Positions 9,809-20,249 of a DNA stretch of 64,000 nt are shown here, piece by piece. The position numbers and the translations under genes are program-made. The stretch comes from a virus. Lineage: Duplodnaviria; Heunggongvirae; Uroviricota; Caudoviricetes; Herelleviridae. The stretch covers positions 67,428-131,427 of IMG/VR virus record IMGVR_UViG_2595698876_000001; one strand, given 5' to 3'. Position 1 is the stretch's first letter, and each line of letters begins with the position of its first letter. A model generated the notes under the pieces. It was not told the DNA's origin. It did not search any database and was given only the letters and a program-made list of their open reading frames with translations.

Positions 9809-11512
9809 ATGACAACAGTATCGGAATTAACGTCGAAAGGAGTCTTTATTGACTATTCGCTAGTTAATATCAACACCAAACTATTAGACGTTTTAACAAA
9901 TTTGATTAACAAAGCTAAAAACACTGTTGATAACGTGGTTACGTTTAAAAAAACACATTTAGCTAAAGAGCTAGGTAAGGATGTAAAAACTGTATCTAGC
10001 CATCTTAAAGAATTACAAACTAGCGGAGTTTTCGAAGTTGGCGGAGAACGCGGAAGAGGTAAAGGTTGCGTTGTGCGCTTTAACGAACTTCTTGTGAAAT
10101 TCGATACTTCTGAAAAGGCGCTTATTAACTCCGACGACGTTAATACTCTTGATGCGGATATTAAAGATATCGTGAAAAAGGTATATCCTAAAAAGCCGAA
10201 GAAAGAGAAACCGAACAAGCGAAATCGTAGAACAAAACAACAAATGCTAGAGGACAAACTATTACGTAGCGAAAAGCAACAACGTGTAGATGACCTTAAT
10301 GCAGAACTAGCAGAGACTATATTCCCTTCATGGGACTGGTTCCAAAAAACAGATGCTCCAGTACATAACTACAAAGCATACTTAGTGTCACGGATTTATA
10401 ACCGTTACGCTTATTTATTCGCTAAGAGTACGAACTACTTTTACGATAAATCAGAGGAGAAAGTAGGATACAAAGTACCGGAAGTATTACCGGACTTCGA
10501 TGTACTCGAAAAAGAATTTATGGGGACAATTAACTGGGAGCATTTTGTCAAATTCGTAGACTTCTGTGAAGAGAATGAAATCAACCCGGCTGTATATTTA
10601 ACAGCTCAATTCAACCGTTCCACTTATTCCGCAACAATTAAATCCAATGTAAAAAGCGCTAAACCATTCCCTAATGCATTAATGAGTGAGGGAAGCTATG
10701 AAGTGTACAAGCGTGAAGAGAGTTTCCAAAAGTCTAAGCACATCATGAAACTGCAAGGTGCAGCACTTAAGAAAGACTTCGCAGACGACCCGATTATTAT
10801 GTCTCTTGATGACGCTTACAAAACAGCGGACAAAGGTAATGGTATTCTTAGTCATTCCCAAGCATACCGCGAATTATTCCGTACAGCAGAAAGTGATGAT
10901 ACTACATTCGCTTTAGTGGACTTCTACGATTACACGATGGAGAACATGAAGAAACAGGGTGTGTCAAAACAATCACAAACAATTATTAAGAAGTTCATTA
11001 CGACACAAGCTGTCATGAAATTATACGGTAAATCAGGATTACCAGAGAATGTTATTCTTGGCTCCGAGATGGTACGTATTGCATTAGCAAGTATCCCGCA
11101 GCCAACTATTAGCAACCACGAAGTACATATGAAATCAGCTTCATTCTTAGGAGAACTGTTATTACCTAATGCAACAAAGCAAGAGCAATACAACTATGGT
11201 GGACGTACTTTCCTACGTTTAACTGATACGATTGACCACCGATTCACTTTACGTTTAATTGAACAGCGTAAAGGCTTACATGTTTCGTTGAAAGAATTAC
11301 AGGATGCGTTTAAAGAATATGGACGACACAACATCCCATTAAACGATTACTCATTCCTAGATGTAGAACAGATTGAGAAAGTATTCCAATCAGCAAATGA
11401 AGTAGCGGATTACGATTTAGAAAAGTTCACAGTAAAGAGCGAGTACAACATGATTCAAGGTGCTTATCATAAGACTACAGAACTAGATGACATCATTGCA
11501 TCAGAGCTGTAA
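9809..11512 (+). CDS. wHTH-containing protein, possible replication-associated (ORF track start 9773 GTG; ATG 9809 with RBS AAAGGAGAAG preferred)
   Basis: N-terminal HTH-like THLAKELGKDVKTVSSHLKELQTSGVFE, then a basic linker KKPKKEKPNKRNRRTKQQ. Long ORF. Confidence 0.45.
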   Translation: MTTVSELTSKGVFIDYSLVNINTKLLDVLTNLINKAKNTVDNVVTFKKTHLAKELGKDVKTVSSHLKELQTSGVFEVGGERGRGKGCVVRFNELLVKFDTSEKALINSDDVNTLDADIKDIVKKVYPKKPKKEKPNKRNRRTKQQMLEDKLLRSEKQQRVDDLNAELAETIFPSWDWFQKTDAPVHNYKAYLVSRIYNRYAYLFAKSTNYFYDKSEEKVGYKVPEVLPDFDVLEKEFMGTINWEHFVKFVDFCEENEINPAVYLTAQFNRSTYSATIKSNVKSAKPFPNALMSEGSYEVYKREESFQKSKHIMKLQGAALKKDFADDPIIMSLDDAYKTADKGNGILSHSQAYRELFRTAESDDTTFALVDFYDYTMENMKKQGVSKQSQTIIKKFITTQAVMKLYGKSGLPENVILGSEMVRIALASIPQPTISNHEVHMKSASFLGELLLPNATKQEQYNYGGRTFLRLTDTIDHRFTLRLIEQRKGLHVSLKELQDAFKEYGRHNIPLNDYSFLDVEQIEKVFQSANEVADYDLEKFTVKSEYNMIQGAYHKTTELDDIIASEL

Positions 11513-11517
11513 TCTTC

Positions 11518-11546
11518 TTGACTTTTAGCACAATATTTGATAGAAT
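11518..11546 (+). promoter_or_regulatory. sigma-A-type promoter: TTGACTTTTAG...-17-TAGAAT
   Basis: cttgacttttagcacaatatttgatagaat. Carries the shared GTTGACTTTTAG upstream motif. Confidence 0.5.
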
Positions 11547-11585
11547 AGTAATATTCTAAAAAACAAGAGGGGGAATTTATGTAAT

Positions 11586-13052
11586 ATGGAAAAACCGATT
11601 ATGAAAGAAATACTCCGCAAGGCAATTGAATCTCCGGTATTCTCGAAGGAGGTTCTACCAGTAGTACCGATGTCAATCTTTGAAAATGTGGAAATCTATA
11701 AAGAGATTACACAGATTGTGCGCCGATACTACCAATCAAATTCTAGTGTCATCACAGAGGGTGCATTAGTAACATTACTAGAAGCGAAACTTGATAGACT
11801 TAAGAAAAGTGCAGATGAACAACAGCAGTACTTCAACAAGGTTAGTGAGCTATACCAGATTCGAGACAGCCACGATGATAACTTGATTGATGAAGAAATT
11901 GAAAAATACATAAAGAAACAAATGAGATTAGAATTACTTAAGAAAGCTGCATTAAAAATTAACGATGAAGCGTTCCAAGACACATTAGAAGATGAGTTCC
12001 GTAAAATCATGTTACTGGATATTTCTGGTCGTAATGACGAGATTATCAACGTAATCGATGACGTGGAGTATAAACGATTAGCGCTATCATCTTTAGATGG
12101 TAACACCGTACCAACCGGATTTAAATCTATTGACCTACTGAATAGTGGTGGACTAGCTAAAGGTGAGTTAGGTCTTATTGCGGCTATGTCTGGTACAGGT
12201 AAAACGTTAATGATGACCAACTTAGCAACGAACTATGTTAAGCAAGGTTACAACGTATTATTCATTGCTCTAGAGGAATTAAAGAACCGAATGGTCTTAA
12301 AACTAGAGCAGTCAATGTTACGACAAACCCGAGGGGACATCTTAGATGGCTCTACACTTAACATGGAGAAATTCGAGAAGAGACAAGCCCTGTATAAGAA
12401 TAACCGCGCACGATTCGGTAACTTATTCCTAGCTCGTTACTCTCCTCGTAAAGTTACACCAGCTAAGATTGAACAATTAATCTCTGATTTACTAATTCGT
12501 CAAGGGGTTAAGATTGATGTAGTTATTGTCGATTACCCGGAACTACTACGTAATCCGCATGCTACAGGTAATGAAGCGGATGATGGCGGTAAGTTATTTG
12601 AAGAGATGCGTCGTATTGGACAAGATTTCGACGTAGTAATGTGGACAGCTTCCCAGTTAAACCGTACAGCTTACAACGCATTAATCAGAACATCAGAACA
12701 TATGGAAGGGTCGCTCCGTAAGAAGAATGCTGCTGAACTTGTTCTAGTAGTCAACCAGACACCGGAAGAGTATAATGCTGGATTCCTGCGGCTATACGCG
12801 GATAAGGTACGTAACCCGCCAGAAGGTGCATATGATAAGATGCTAGGATTTAAGGTTATCGGTAATCAGCAAGTAGTGAGAGAGTACATACAAAATTCAA
12901 GTGAAGAGAAAGAACATAGAGCTATCTTGGAAGCGGTTGACCAAGCAAGGGACAACCTGTTTAAAGCTAAGAAAGCTGGAGGTAATAGTGGCAAGGTTCC
13001 TATGCCGGACTTTAGCCAAGAAATAAATCAAGCAATCAGAGGAGGACAATGA
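11586..13052 (+). CDS. DnaB-like replicative DNA helicase
   Basis: RecA-type ATPase core with Walker A AAMSGTGKTLMMTNLA, Walker B VVIVDY, and an N-terminal helical domain. Length is typical (488 aa). RBS AGAGGGGGAATT. Confidence 0.75.
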   Translation: MEKPIMKEILRKAIESPVFSKEVLPVVPMSIFENVEIYKEITQIVRRYYQSNSSVITEGALVTLLEAKLDRLKKSADEQQQYFNKVSELYQIRDSHDDNLIDEEIEKYIKKQMRLELLKKAALKINDEAFQDTLEDEFRKIMLLDISGRNDEIINVIDDVEYKRLALSSLDGNTVPTGFKSIDLLNSGGLAKGELGLIAAMSGTGKTLMMTNLATNYVKQGYNVLFIALEELKNRMVLKLEQSMLRQTRGDILDGSTLNMEKFEKRQALYKNNRARFGNLFLARYSPRKVTPAKIEQLISDLLIRQGVKIDVVIVDYPELLRNPHATGNEADDGGKLFEEMRRIGQDFDVVMWTASQLNRTAYNALIRTSEHMEGSLRKKNAAELVLVVNQTPEEYNAGFLRLYADKVRNPPEGAYDKMLGFKVIGNQQVVREYIQNSSEEKEHRAILEAVDQARDNLFKAKKAGGNSGKVPMPDFSQEINQAIRGGQ

Positions 13053-13053
13053 T

Positions 13054-13422
13054 ATGAAGAGAAAAGAAATTATACTTAGCCCTGCGGATAAAGCAGAAGT
13101 TATGAAAGTAATTGAAAAACCGGGTACAGATGTAGACCTATCGGGATGCCTAAATGTTCTATTTACGATAGACGATTACGAAGAAGATAGCTGCAATAGT
13201 GAACTAAGCGTAGCCTTTTCTAAAGAAGGGGCAAAGAATATGATTGAACTGCTGCAAGAGTTTGTATACGGTAAATCAGTAAAAGTAGAAGTGGAAGGTA
13301 TCTTAGAAGAAGCAGAGAAGCTATATGATGAGTGTATTGACCCAGATGAATTTAACTATATAGCAGGACAAAGATACGCATATGAAACTGTACTAGGTAT
13401 TATTGAGGGGGAAACTAAATGA
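13054..13422 (+). CDS. small acidic hypothetical protein (122 aa)
   Basis: ORF translationally coupled to its neighbours (overlap ATGA). No motif recognised. Confidence 0.5.
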   Translation: MKRKEIILSPADKAEVMKVIEKPGTDVDLSGCLNVLFTIDDYEEDSCNSELSVAFSKEGAKNMIELLQEFVYGKSVKVEVEGILEEAEKLYDECIDPDEFNYIAGQRYAYETVLGIIEGETK

Positions 13423-13976
13423 TATTTCCAGATATTTATGTAACGTCAGATACACACTTCGGGCATAAGAATATTATTAAGTACGAAGACAGACCATTCA
13501 AAGATGTAGAAGAAATGAATGAAAAGCTCATTGAAAATTGGAATAAGGTAGTTAAGCCGCACGATTTAATTATCCATGTAGGTGACCTGTTTCTTTGTGG
13601 AGCTACGAAAGCAGAAGAAATCGCTAAACGGCTTAATGGTCGTAAGATTCTTGTTGATGGGAATCACGATTCGTTCAGCAAAGCGAAATATGCTAAGATG
13701 GGATTTGACTTAAGGAAATACCTATACTTAGACGGTTACTTATTCTCACACTACCCGCTTAATGCTACGATGCTTAGAACTATGGAGTCACACACCGAAT
13801 TTGTTGCTAACATTCATGGACACGTCCATAGCATGACTCAAAACCTTGATAGGGACGTTCATATCTGTGTTTGTACAGAACATACGGATTACACACCTAT
13901 AGCGTTCTGGGAACTGAAAGACTTACATAATGCTGGTACATACTTAGAAAGAGGAGAATATGAATATGCGTACTAA
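13419..13976 (+). CDS. calcineurin-like metallophosphoesterase
   Basis: Motifs SDTHFGH, VGDLF, GNHD, HGHVH. Confidence 0.7.
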   Translation: MIFPDIYVTSDTHFGHKNIIKYEDRPFKDVEEMNEKLIENWNKVVKPHDLIIHVGDLFLCGATKAEEIAKRLNGRKILVDGNHDSFSKAKYAKMGFDLRKYLYLDGYLFSHYPLNATMLRTMESHTEFVANIHGHVHSMTQNLDRDVHICVCTEHTDYTPIAFWELKDLHNAGTYLERGEYEYAY

Positions 13977-15048
13977 GTACATAGTTTTCTCCGACTTCCA
14001 TTGGCATAACTTCGACAACTTTGCGAAGCCTATAACACATACATACAAAGGTAAAGAGATTCAAATTACCGATAGACTACTAGCGCAATTAAACACACTT
14101 AATAGAGTGTTTAGACTTGCACATGAAAACAAAGCGGACATTCTATTTAACGGGGATTATTTTCATGCAAGGAACCGCATTACAACTCTAGTGTATAATC
14201 TAGGGTTCAATGTAATCTACGATAACATGATGAAGTACCCGGATGTCAAACTATACATGATTGTAGGTAACCATGACCAAGCAGACTCCAGTGACTTCCC
14301 GGAGCATAGCTTAGAGAATTTCAAAGCGATTCCGCGTGTAACAGTTATGGATGACTTCGAACCTGTATACACTGGTTCTTGTATGCTGTACCCGATATCT
14401 TACTCTGATAACGTAGAGTTCGTAAAAGGTAAAATTCACCGATTCATGCAGCATGCAGCGCAAGAGGATGAGCCTACAATTTTAATGGCGCATATAGGGG
14501 TGGACGGAAGTGAAACAGGACAACATTCACATCGGCTTGGTGGAGCGTTTAACATTAGTGAACTTTACCCTGATGTATTTGACTATGTAACATTAGGTCA
14601 CTACCATAAGCGACAGTTCTTAGGTGGACTAGACAACGCGTTCTACGCTGGTAACACAATCCAAGAAAGTTTCTCCGATGAGGGACAAGATAAAGGTGTA
14701 TTCCTAATTGACTTAGCTAAAAGAGGCAAACCGGAGTTTATTCCAATCGAGAATAAGAAGTTTGTCACGATAACGAAAATCGATGAGAACACACAAGAGA
14801 TTGTGGATAACAACTATGTACGAATGATTATTCCGCAGGAACTAGCAACAGAGGTAGAAATATTTAAAGAATCGTCCGACAATATTCGAGTAGAAGTACA
14901 AAAAGAATACAAAGCAGACTTACGTATTAACATCGAAGTAGGTTCCAGTGAATCAGATATTGTCAAGGAGTACACGAATAAGTTCTACACAAACGTACAG
15001 GATAAGGCTCTAGCAGTCTTAAAAGAGGCACAAACAATAAATGTTTAA
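13960..15048 (+). CDS. Mre11/SbcD-like nuclease
   Basis: Phosphoesterase motifs FSDFHW, NGDYFH, VGNHD, GHYH. Immediately upstream of a Rad50/SbcC-like gene. Confidence 0.8.
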   Translation: MNMRTKYIVFSDFHWHNFDNFAKPITHTYKGKEIQITDRLLAQLNTLNRVFRLAHENKADILFNGDYFHARNRITTLVYNLGFNVIYDNMMKYPDVKLYMIVGNHDQADSSDFPEHSLENFKAIPRVTVMDDFEPVYTGSCMLYPISYSDNVEFVKGKIHRFMQHAAQEDEPTILMAHIGVDGSETGQHSHRLGGAFNISELYPDVFDYVTLGHYHKRQFLGGLDNAFYAGNTIQESFSDEGQDKGVFLIDLAKRGKPEFIPIENKKFVTITKIDENTQEIVDNNYVRMIIPQELATEVEIFKESSDNIRVEVQKEYKADLRINIEVGSSESDIVKEYTNKFYTNVQDKALAVLKEAQTINV

Positions 15049-15074
15049 GAGACTATTACTAGTCTCTTTTTTTA
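15048..15074 (+). terminator. rho-independent terminator after the Mre11-like gene
   Basis: AGAGACTA-ttac-TAGTCTCT followed by TTTTTTT. Confidence 0.7.
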
Positions 15075-15103
15075 TTGACAAACATATGGTATCATGGTAA
15101 GAT
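15075..15103 (+). promoter_or_regulatory. sigma-A-type promoter: TTGACA-17-TAAGAT
   Basis: ttgacaaacatatggtatcatggtaagat. Confidence 0.45.
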
Positions 15104-15129
15104 TTACTTATTAATAGAAGAGGAGGAAT

Positions 15130-17025
15130 ATGATATTGAAGTGGAACAAGTTAATAGTTCAGAACTTTCTAGCAATTAATGATGCAGAAGTTGATTTAGA
15201 TAATCAAGGTCTTATCTTAATTGAAGGAGAGAATACTAGTGACGAGAAGTTTGCTAGTAATGGGGCTGGTAAGTCATCATTAATTCCGGAATCAATTACA
15301 TGGTGTTTATACAACATGACATCTAAAGGAGTTAAAGGTGATGCAGTAGTCAATAACAAAACAAAGAAGAACACAATGGTTGCCTTAATTGGTGAGCAAG
15401 ATGGAGATACATACCGAATTGAACGATACCGTAAGCACAGCCTACACGCGAATAAGGTTAGGTTGTTCAGAAATGACATAGATATTACAGCTAAATCTAA
15501 TGATGATACGAATGCAGAAATTGAAAAGATATTAAAAATCTCACACTTAACATTCATCAACAGTATCTTATTTGCTCAAGGCGAAGGGTTAGGTGCTTTC
15601 GCATCTCTAACGGATTCAAAAAAGAAAGAAATTTTAGATAGCTTACTAAACTTGGACATTTATTCTCTAGCACAAGAGGTAGCTAAGAAGAAGGTAAAAG
15701 AAAGTATCGCTAAGATTGACGAGAAGAATCGTGAAATCGAGCGACTTAACTGGGACTTAGAACAGGTGGACAAGCTAGAAGAACAAGATAACAAGAACTA
15801 TGAATCTACGAAGCACATGTTACAAGAAGAGCAGAAGAGACTAGCAGATGTTATTAAGTTACTGAATGACTACCCTGCTAAGTACTTCGGCTTTGTGGAA
15901 CAGAAGAGAGACAACATTGAAGCTCTGAATAAGAAGCTCGACGAGATTTCTAACATAGATATGTCTACGGAAGAGGCGGAATTTAATGCAGCACACCGAG
16001 CGCTGAACGAAGTTGAGAACCAGCAACGCGATTTAGACAGACAGAAAACTGACTTAGTTAAGCGATACAAGAGCCTAAGTTTTAGTGATAACTGTCCAGT
16101 ATGCGGTACGCCAATGGATAATAGTCATAAGATTGCAGAGCAGGATAACATAAAAAATGAATTAAGACCTATCATGCTTGGTTTGCAACAGATAGAACAA
16201 ACGAAACAACCGTACATAGATGCTGTTAATGAAGCTAGAGAACGTTACGATGCTAAATTAGAAGAGCAGAAAACAGTCGTTCAAAGACAGCGTGAAATCA
16301 CAACAGAGGTTAAACGAGACGAAGATTATATACGTACATATGAAGTCAACCTTAGACAACTTAAGAATAATGTAGAAGTTGTTAAGAATACAATTCAGAA
16401 GCTCCAGAACGTTCCTGAGCCTATTTCCAGAGATAAGGATAGGGAAAGCATTAACGAGTCAATTAAAGCTGCTAAGAAGGAGCTAGTAGCCTTAGAATTA
16501 GCGAAGAAAGAAGATGAAGACGTAGTAAAGGTTTACTCGAACGAAGGAGTTAAATCACACGTACTTGACTTCATTACACCGGAGCTTAACCAAAGAGGTA
16601 ACAAATACTTAAAACAATTAGCTGGAGAAAATATGGAGCTAGTGTTTAGTACGAGAACGAAGAAGAAAGATGGTACATACTCTGATAAATTTGATGTACA
16701 GCTTATCAATACCGTAGGTGGCGACGATTATAAAGCGCAATCCGGTGGAGAAAAGAAACGAGCAGACTTATCTATCTCTCTAGCATTACAAGATTTAATT
16801 CTAGAGAATACGAACTTCATTGTTTATGATGAGGTATTCGATGCATTAGATGAGACAGGCGTAGAATCTGTTATCGAATTGTTAAAAGAACGAGTAAAAA
16901 CTATCGGAACAATTTTCGTCATTACACAAAGTAGCCATTTCAAAGCGCTATTCGAGAAAGTTATTACAATTACAAAAGACCATAATGGAATTTCAAATAT
17001 CAAAAGGGGGAAAAACATTGCATGA
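15130..17025 (+). CDS. Rad50/SbcC-like SMC ATPase
   Basis: Walker A NGAGKSS, a long central coiled coil with zinc-hook CPVCG, ABC signature SGGEKKR, Walker B IVYDEVFDALD. Confidence 0.85.
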   Translation: MILKWNKLIVQNFLAINDAEVDLDNQGLILIEGENTSDEKFASNGAGKSSLIPESITWCLYNMTSKGVKGDAVVNNKTKKNTMVALIGEQDGDTYRIERYRKHSLHANKVRLFRNDIDITAKSNDDTNAEIEKILKISHLTFINSILFAQGEGLGAFASLTDSKKKEILDSLLNLDIYSLAQEVAKKKVKESIAKIDEKNREIERLNWDLEQVDKLEEQDNKNYESTKHMLQEEQKRLADVIKLLNDYPAKYFGFVEQKRDNIEALNKKLDEISNIDMSTEEAEFNAAHRALNEVENQQRDLDRQKTDLVKRYKSLSFSDNCPVCGTPMDNSHKIAEQDNIKNELRPIMLGLQQIEQTKQPYIDAVNEARERYDAKLEEQKTVVQRQREITTEVKRDEDYIRTYEVNLRQLKNNVEVVKNTIQKLQNVPEPISRDKDRESINESIKAAKKELVALELAKKEDEDVVKVYSNEGVKSHVLDFITPELNQRGNKYLKQLAGENMELVFSTRTKKKDGTYSDKFDVQLINTVGGDDYKAQSGGEKKRADLSISLALQDLILENTNFIVYDEVFDALDETGVESVIELLKERVKTIGTIFVITQSSHFKALFEKVITITKDHNGISNIKRGKNIA

Positions 17026-17621
17026 AAGTAGTGAAATTTAGTGAAGAGGAAGTTCTAGTCATCCTAGAAACAACATCACAAGACAAAGAAGAAACGAAAG
17101 AGATTTTATTACCATACCGGGAGCTATTAAAGTGGTACCCACTAAACATTAATTATACATACAAGTATTCAACATCTAAAGATATTATGTATCTAGTAAA
17201 GGATAGTACATACGATAAAGACTTATATGATGTAAAGTCAACGAAGCAAGCGAAAGCGCTTCCATTAAAAAAAGGCGTTCCGTATAACAAGACAGTACAT
17301 AACCGTAACACGAAGATTGTCCAGTGGGCGCAAGAGAATAATTTAATCGAAGTTAGTAAAGATAAAGTACTACTAACAGACCCGAAGGTTGGTATCTGTC
17401 GTGTACTGGAAACGATTGAGTCGATTAAGCAGCACTTAGTTAAAAAATACATATTTGAAGAAGGACAGAATGACGACTTCGACATCGATGAGAATTTAGG
17501 ATTTCCGAAGTTTACAGACGAGCTAGTATATAAGTATGCTACAACAACAGAATTATACCAACTTGAACTACTAGGAGAGGTTTACACTCTACTTAACTTA
17601 TATAGACGATTAGAAGAGTGA
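17022..17621 (+). CDS. hypothetical protein (199 aa)
   Basis: ORF coupled to the Rad50-like gene (overlap ATGA). No motif recognised. Confidence 0.5.
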   Translation: MKVVKFSEEEVLVILETTSQDKEETKEILLPYRELLKWYPLNINYTYKYSTSKDIMYLVKDSTYDKDLYDVKSTKQAKALPLKKGVPYNKTVHNRNTKIVQWAQENNLIEVSKDKVLLTDPKVGICRVLETIESIKQHLVKKYIFEEGQNDDFDIDENLGFPKFTDELVYKYATTTELYQLELLGEVYTLLNLYRRLEE

Positions 17622-17630
17622 GGGATTTAA

Positions 17631-18701
17631 ATGTTTCTAGATTTACTTTATCAGGAGCTAGGAGACAATAAACCAGCATCCGGAGGAGAGACACGATTCA
17701 ATTGTCAGTTCTGTGGAAATACAAAGTACAAGTTTTATGTGCATGATGAGACAGGCTTATGGCAATGTAAAGTATGCGGAGAGAAAGGTAACCCAGTCTC
17801 CTTCGTAATGAAGCATTTCCAAGTTACATTCCCGGATGCGAAAGACATACTCGAAACATATGACTATGAGGTTGGAGATTACAACAGCCAAACCTTATCA
17901 CATCAAAAGTATGGAGCGCATTTAACAGAAGAAGAGCAGCTATACATGTACATTATGAATCAAGGAGACGTTCCGGAGGAGGAGGTAAAGGTAAAATATA
18001 CTTGCCCTTACCCACCTTCTAATTGTAAGTCACTCATAGAGAACTTTAACAATCCGGAAGCGTTTCCTTTCTTTGCTTACTTGAATGGTCGTGGCATTAC
18101 ACTAGAACAGATTAAGCAACATAACATTTCATACGTAGTAGATGGGATAGCTAGATTATCAGATGATAAAGAACTACGACTAATCAATCATTTAGTATTC
18201 TTTGCGTTTGACCCACGTAGGAAAGCCATCTACTGGAATACAAGGTCGATAGACCCTAAACCATTCATAAAGAGTTTGAACGCACCAGCGAAGCCGACAG
18301 AGTACTCAAAATCGACGGTAGTGATGAATCTCAACAACGCATGGAAACAAGATAAGATTGTTATCGTAGAAGGATTCTTTAACATGACGACATTAGGTGA
18401 TTGTGCAGTTGTTACATACGGTAAGCAAGTATCGAATCAGCAGATTAAAACGATACTGGAAGCAACCGATAAAAAGAAACAACCTATCTACATTTACTTG
18501 GATAGAGATGGTTGGGGAGAATCAATTAAAGTAGCTGCTAAGATACATAGTTTTGAACCGAATAGAGCTGTCTACTATGTGTACAGCGAAGATGACAAAG
18601 ATGCGAATGATTTAGGATATGAGGAAGCTTGGAAACGAATTAATAGTGCGATTCCGGCGGATACAGAAGGAGAAACTATTTTTAGAATGTTACATTTATA
18701 A
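17631..18701 (+). CDS. DNA primase (zinc-ribbon + TOPRIM)
   Basis: N-terminal Zn ribbon CQFCGN...CKVCGEKG. Toprim-like acidic motifs VEGFFN and YLDRDGWG. Confidence 0.7.
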   Translation: MFLDLLYQELGDNKPASGGETRFNCQFCGNTKYKFYVHDETGLWQCKVCGEKGNPVSFVMKHFQVTFPDAKDILETYDYEVGDYNSQTLSHQKYGAHLTEEEQLYMYIMNQGDVPEEEVKVKYTCPYPPSNCKSLIENFNNPEAFPFFAYLNGRGITLEQIKQHNISYVVDGIARLSDDKELRLINHLVFFAFDPRRKAIYWNTRSIDPKPFIKSLNAPAKPTEYSKSTVVMNLNNAWKQDKIVIVEGFFNMTTLGDCAVVTYGKQVSNQQIKTILEATDKKKQPIYIYLDRDGWGESIKVAAKIHSFEPNRAVYYVYSEDDKDANDLGYEEAWKRINSAIPADTEGETIFRMLHL

Positions 18702-18712
18702 GGAGGATAAAC

Positions 18713-18864
18713 ATGACTAAAGTAGAAGCACAAATTTTAGCGGATGAACTAGAAGATATTATGTGGGAAACTACAGATTGTAGTTCATATGCTAGGTTAA
18801 AAAAGATAGTAGACGATTTATGGGAAAAGTATGAATTACCTGTTGACATATCGGAAAGTAAATG
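18713..18864 (+). CDS. small hypothetical protein (about 50 aa)
   Basis: Strong RBS TAAGGAGGATAAAC precedes the ATG. Not in the ORF track (<60 aa). Coordinates approximate. Confidence 0.4.
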
Positions 18865-18909
18865 ATATATTAATAGATGTAGAAAAGAGAAAGAGGAGGA
18901 AAATACATA

Positions 18910-19737
18910 ATGACAGATTCATTGCAAGTACCAGAGTTAGAGATTAACCCTTACCCGGAACAACTTAAAGTAAACATCGTTATCGATGGTGGTTACTTAC
19001 CGGAGAACGCACATGGTAACGACTTCTGCGACGACGTTAGAGCAGCGGAAGGGCGATTGGTTCCACCTAGTACATTTGCATCTGTACTAGTTCCTACAGG
19101 GATTAAAACAGCATTCAGTGACCAATACGGAATGAAAGCTAATACACGAAGTGGTTCTGCATATCATACGCCTATCATCTTATCGAATTGTACAGGCATT
19201 ATCGAAGGTACATATCGTGGGTACTTAGGTATCCTATTACGAAACACATTCATCGACTCTTCAATGGTAGATTTCGTTTTCGATTCGAAAGGTAAACGTA
19301 TTCCTTTATCAGAGGTACCGAAAGAAGTTCTAGAAAACGCTCGTGAGTTCTACGAAACTGACTCTATTACACTAGGCTATGACAAACCTAAAACGATGGA
19401 AGATTTCAATAAAGAACTACTAGCTTGGAAGAAACGCAAAGATGCGGGAGAGTTTGACTTACATAGATTAGCTGCGATTAATAAAAAGATTCAAGCTGGG
19501 CAACAGCTATCACTTAGAGAAAATGACACATGGTTAGACAGAAGCGCTCCACAACCAACAGTTCAACACAGAGCGTTTGTAGATGTAGTACCTCGTGGGA
19601 CTGTGTACATCGAAAAAGGTGAACGAGTAGCGCAGATTCATTATCAAAACCGAATTCAAGCTAACTACAATGTAGTGGACGAGCTAGATGACACGACACG
19701 CGGCGAAGGTGGATACGGAAGTACGGGTAGCAAGTAG
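18910..19737 (+). CDS. dut: dUTPase with a large internal insertion
   Basis: dUTPase motif II NTRSGSA, motif III GIIEGTYRG, motif IV GERVAQI, C-terminal motif V RGEGGYGSTGS. About 120 extra residues lie between motifs III and IV. Confidence 0.7.
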   Translation: MTDSLQVPELEINPYPEQLKVNIVIDGGYLPENAHGNDFCDDVRAAEGRLVPPSTFASVLVPTGIKTAFSDQYGMKANTRSGSAYHTPIILSNCTGIIEGTYRGYLGILLRNTFIDSSMVDFVFDSKGKRIPLSEVPKEVLENAREFYETDSITLGYDKPKTMEDFNKELLAWKKRKDAGEFDLHRLAAINKKIQAGQQLSLRENDTWLDRSAPQPTVQHRAFVDVVPRGTVYIEKGERVAQIHYQNRIQANYNVVDELDDTTRGEGGYGSTGSK

Positions 19738-19994
19738 TGATTACACTTGGGATTATAGCTTATATTATAATTTCGATAAGAATGTATTACTCATACAAGA
19801 AGGATAACTATAGCGAATTTACAGGAGAATGGGATTACGGTCAATCTAAGAAATTAGGTATGGTATACGGATTCTCATTCGTTCCTATAGTAGCCGTATC
19901 AATGGCTATACTAATGGGGGTTCTATACGTACTACTTAACATCGTAATGGGTATCCTATGGATTGTACTATGGATTGCTACTAACATGCCGTAA
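19737..19994 (+). CDS. small membrane protein (2-3 TM helices)
   Basis: Hydrophobic segments IIAYIIISI and VPIVAVSMAILMGVLYVLLNIVMGILWIVLWI. Confidence 0.5.
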   Translation: MITLGIIAYIIISIRMYYSYKKDNYSEFTGEWDYGQSKKLGMVYGFSFVPIVAVSMAILMGVLYVLLNIVMGILWIVLWIATNMP

Positions 19995-20006
19995 AGGGGG
20001 ATTGGA

Positions 20007-20249
20007 ATGGAAGCTAAATTCGTTATTCTTTACCATAAATATGTTGAAGATAAGATTTACACCGGAGGAGACTGGAGAACAGTATTCAAAGGTAACAAAG
20101 TTATACATGAGTCTGAACCAATGAGTCACTATCCGATGGACTCTAAACTAGAGATGTTTTTAGAAAAAAACAAACCGATGTGGAATAAGGAAAAACCGAT
20201 GGAGTACGACTTTGTTACAGTAGAAAAGAGATACTACCATGCAAAGTAA
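20007..20249 (+). CDS. hypothetical protein (80 aa)
   Basis: ORF with RBS AAAGGGGGATTGGA. Confidence 0.5.
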   Translation: MEAKFVILYHKYVEDKIYTGGDWRTVFKGNKVIHESEPMSHYPMDSKLEMFLEKNKPMWNKEKPMEYDFVTVEKRYYHAK

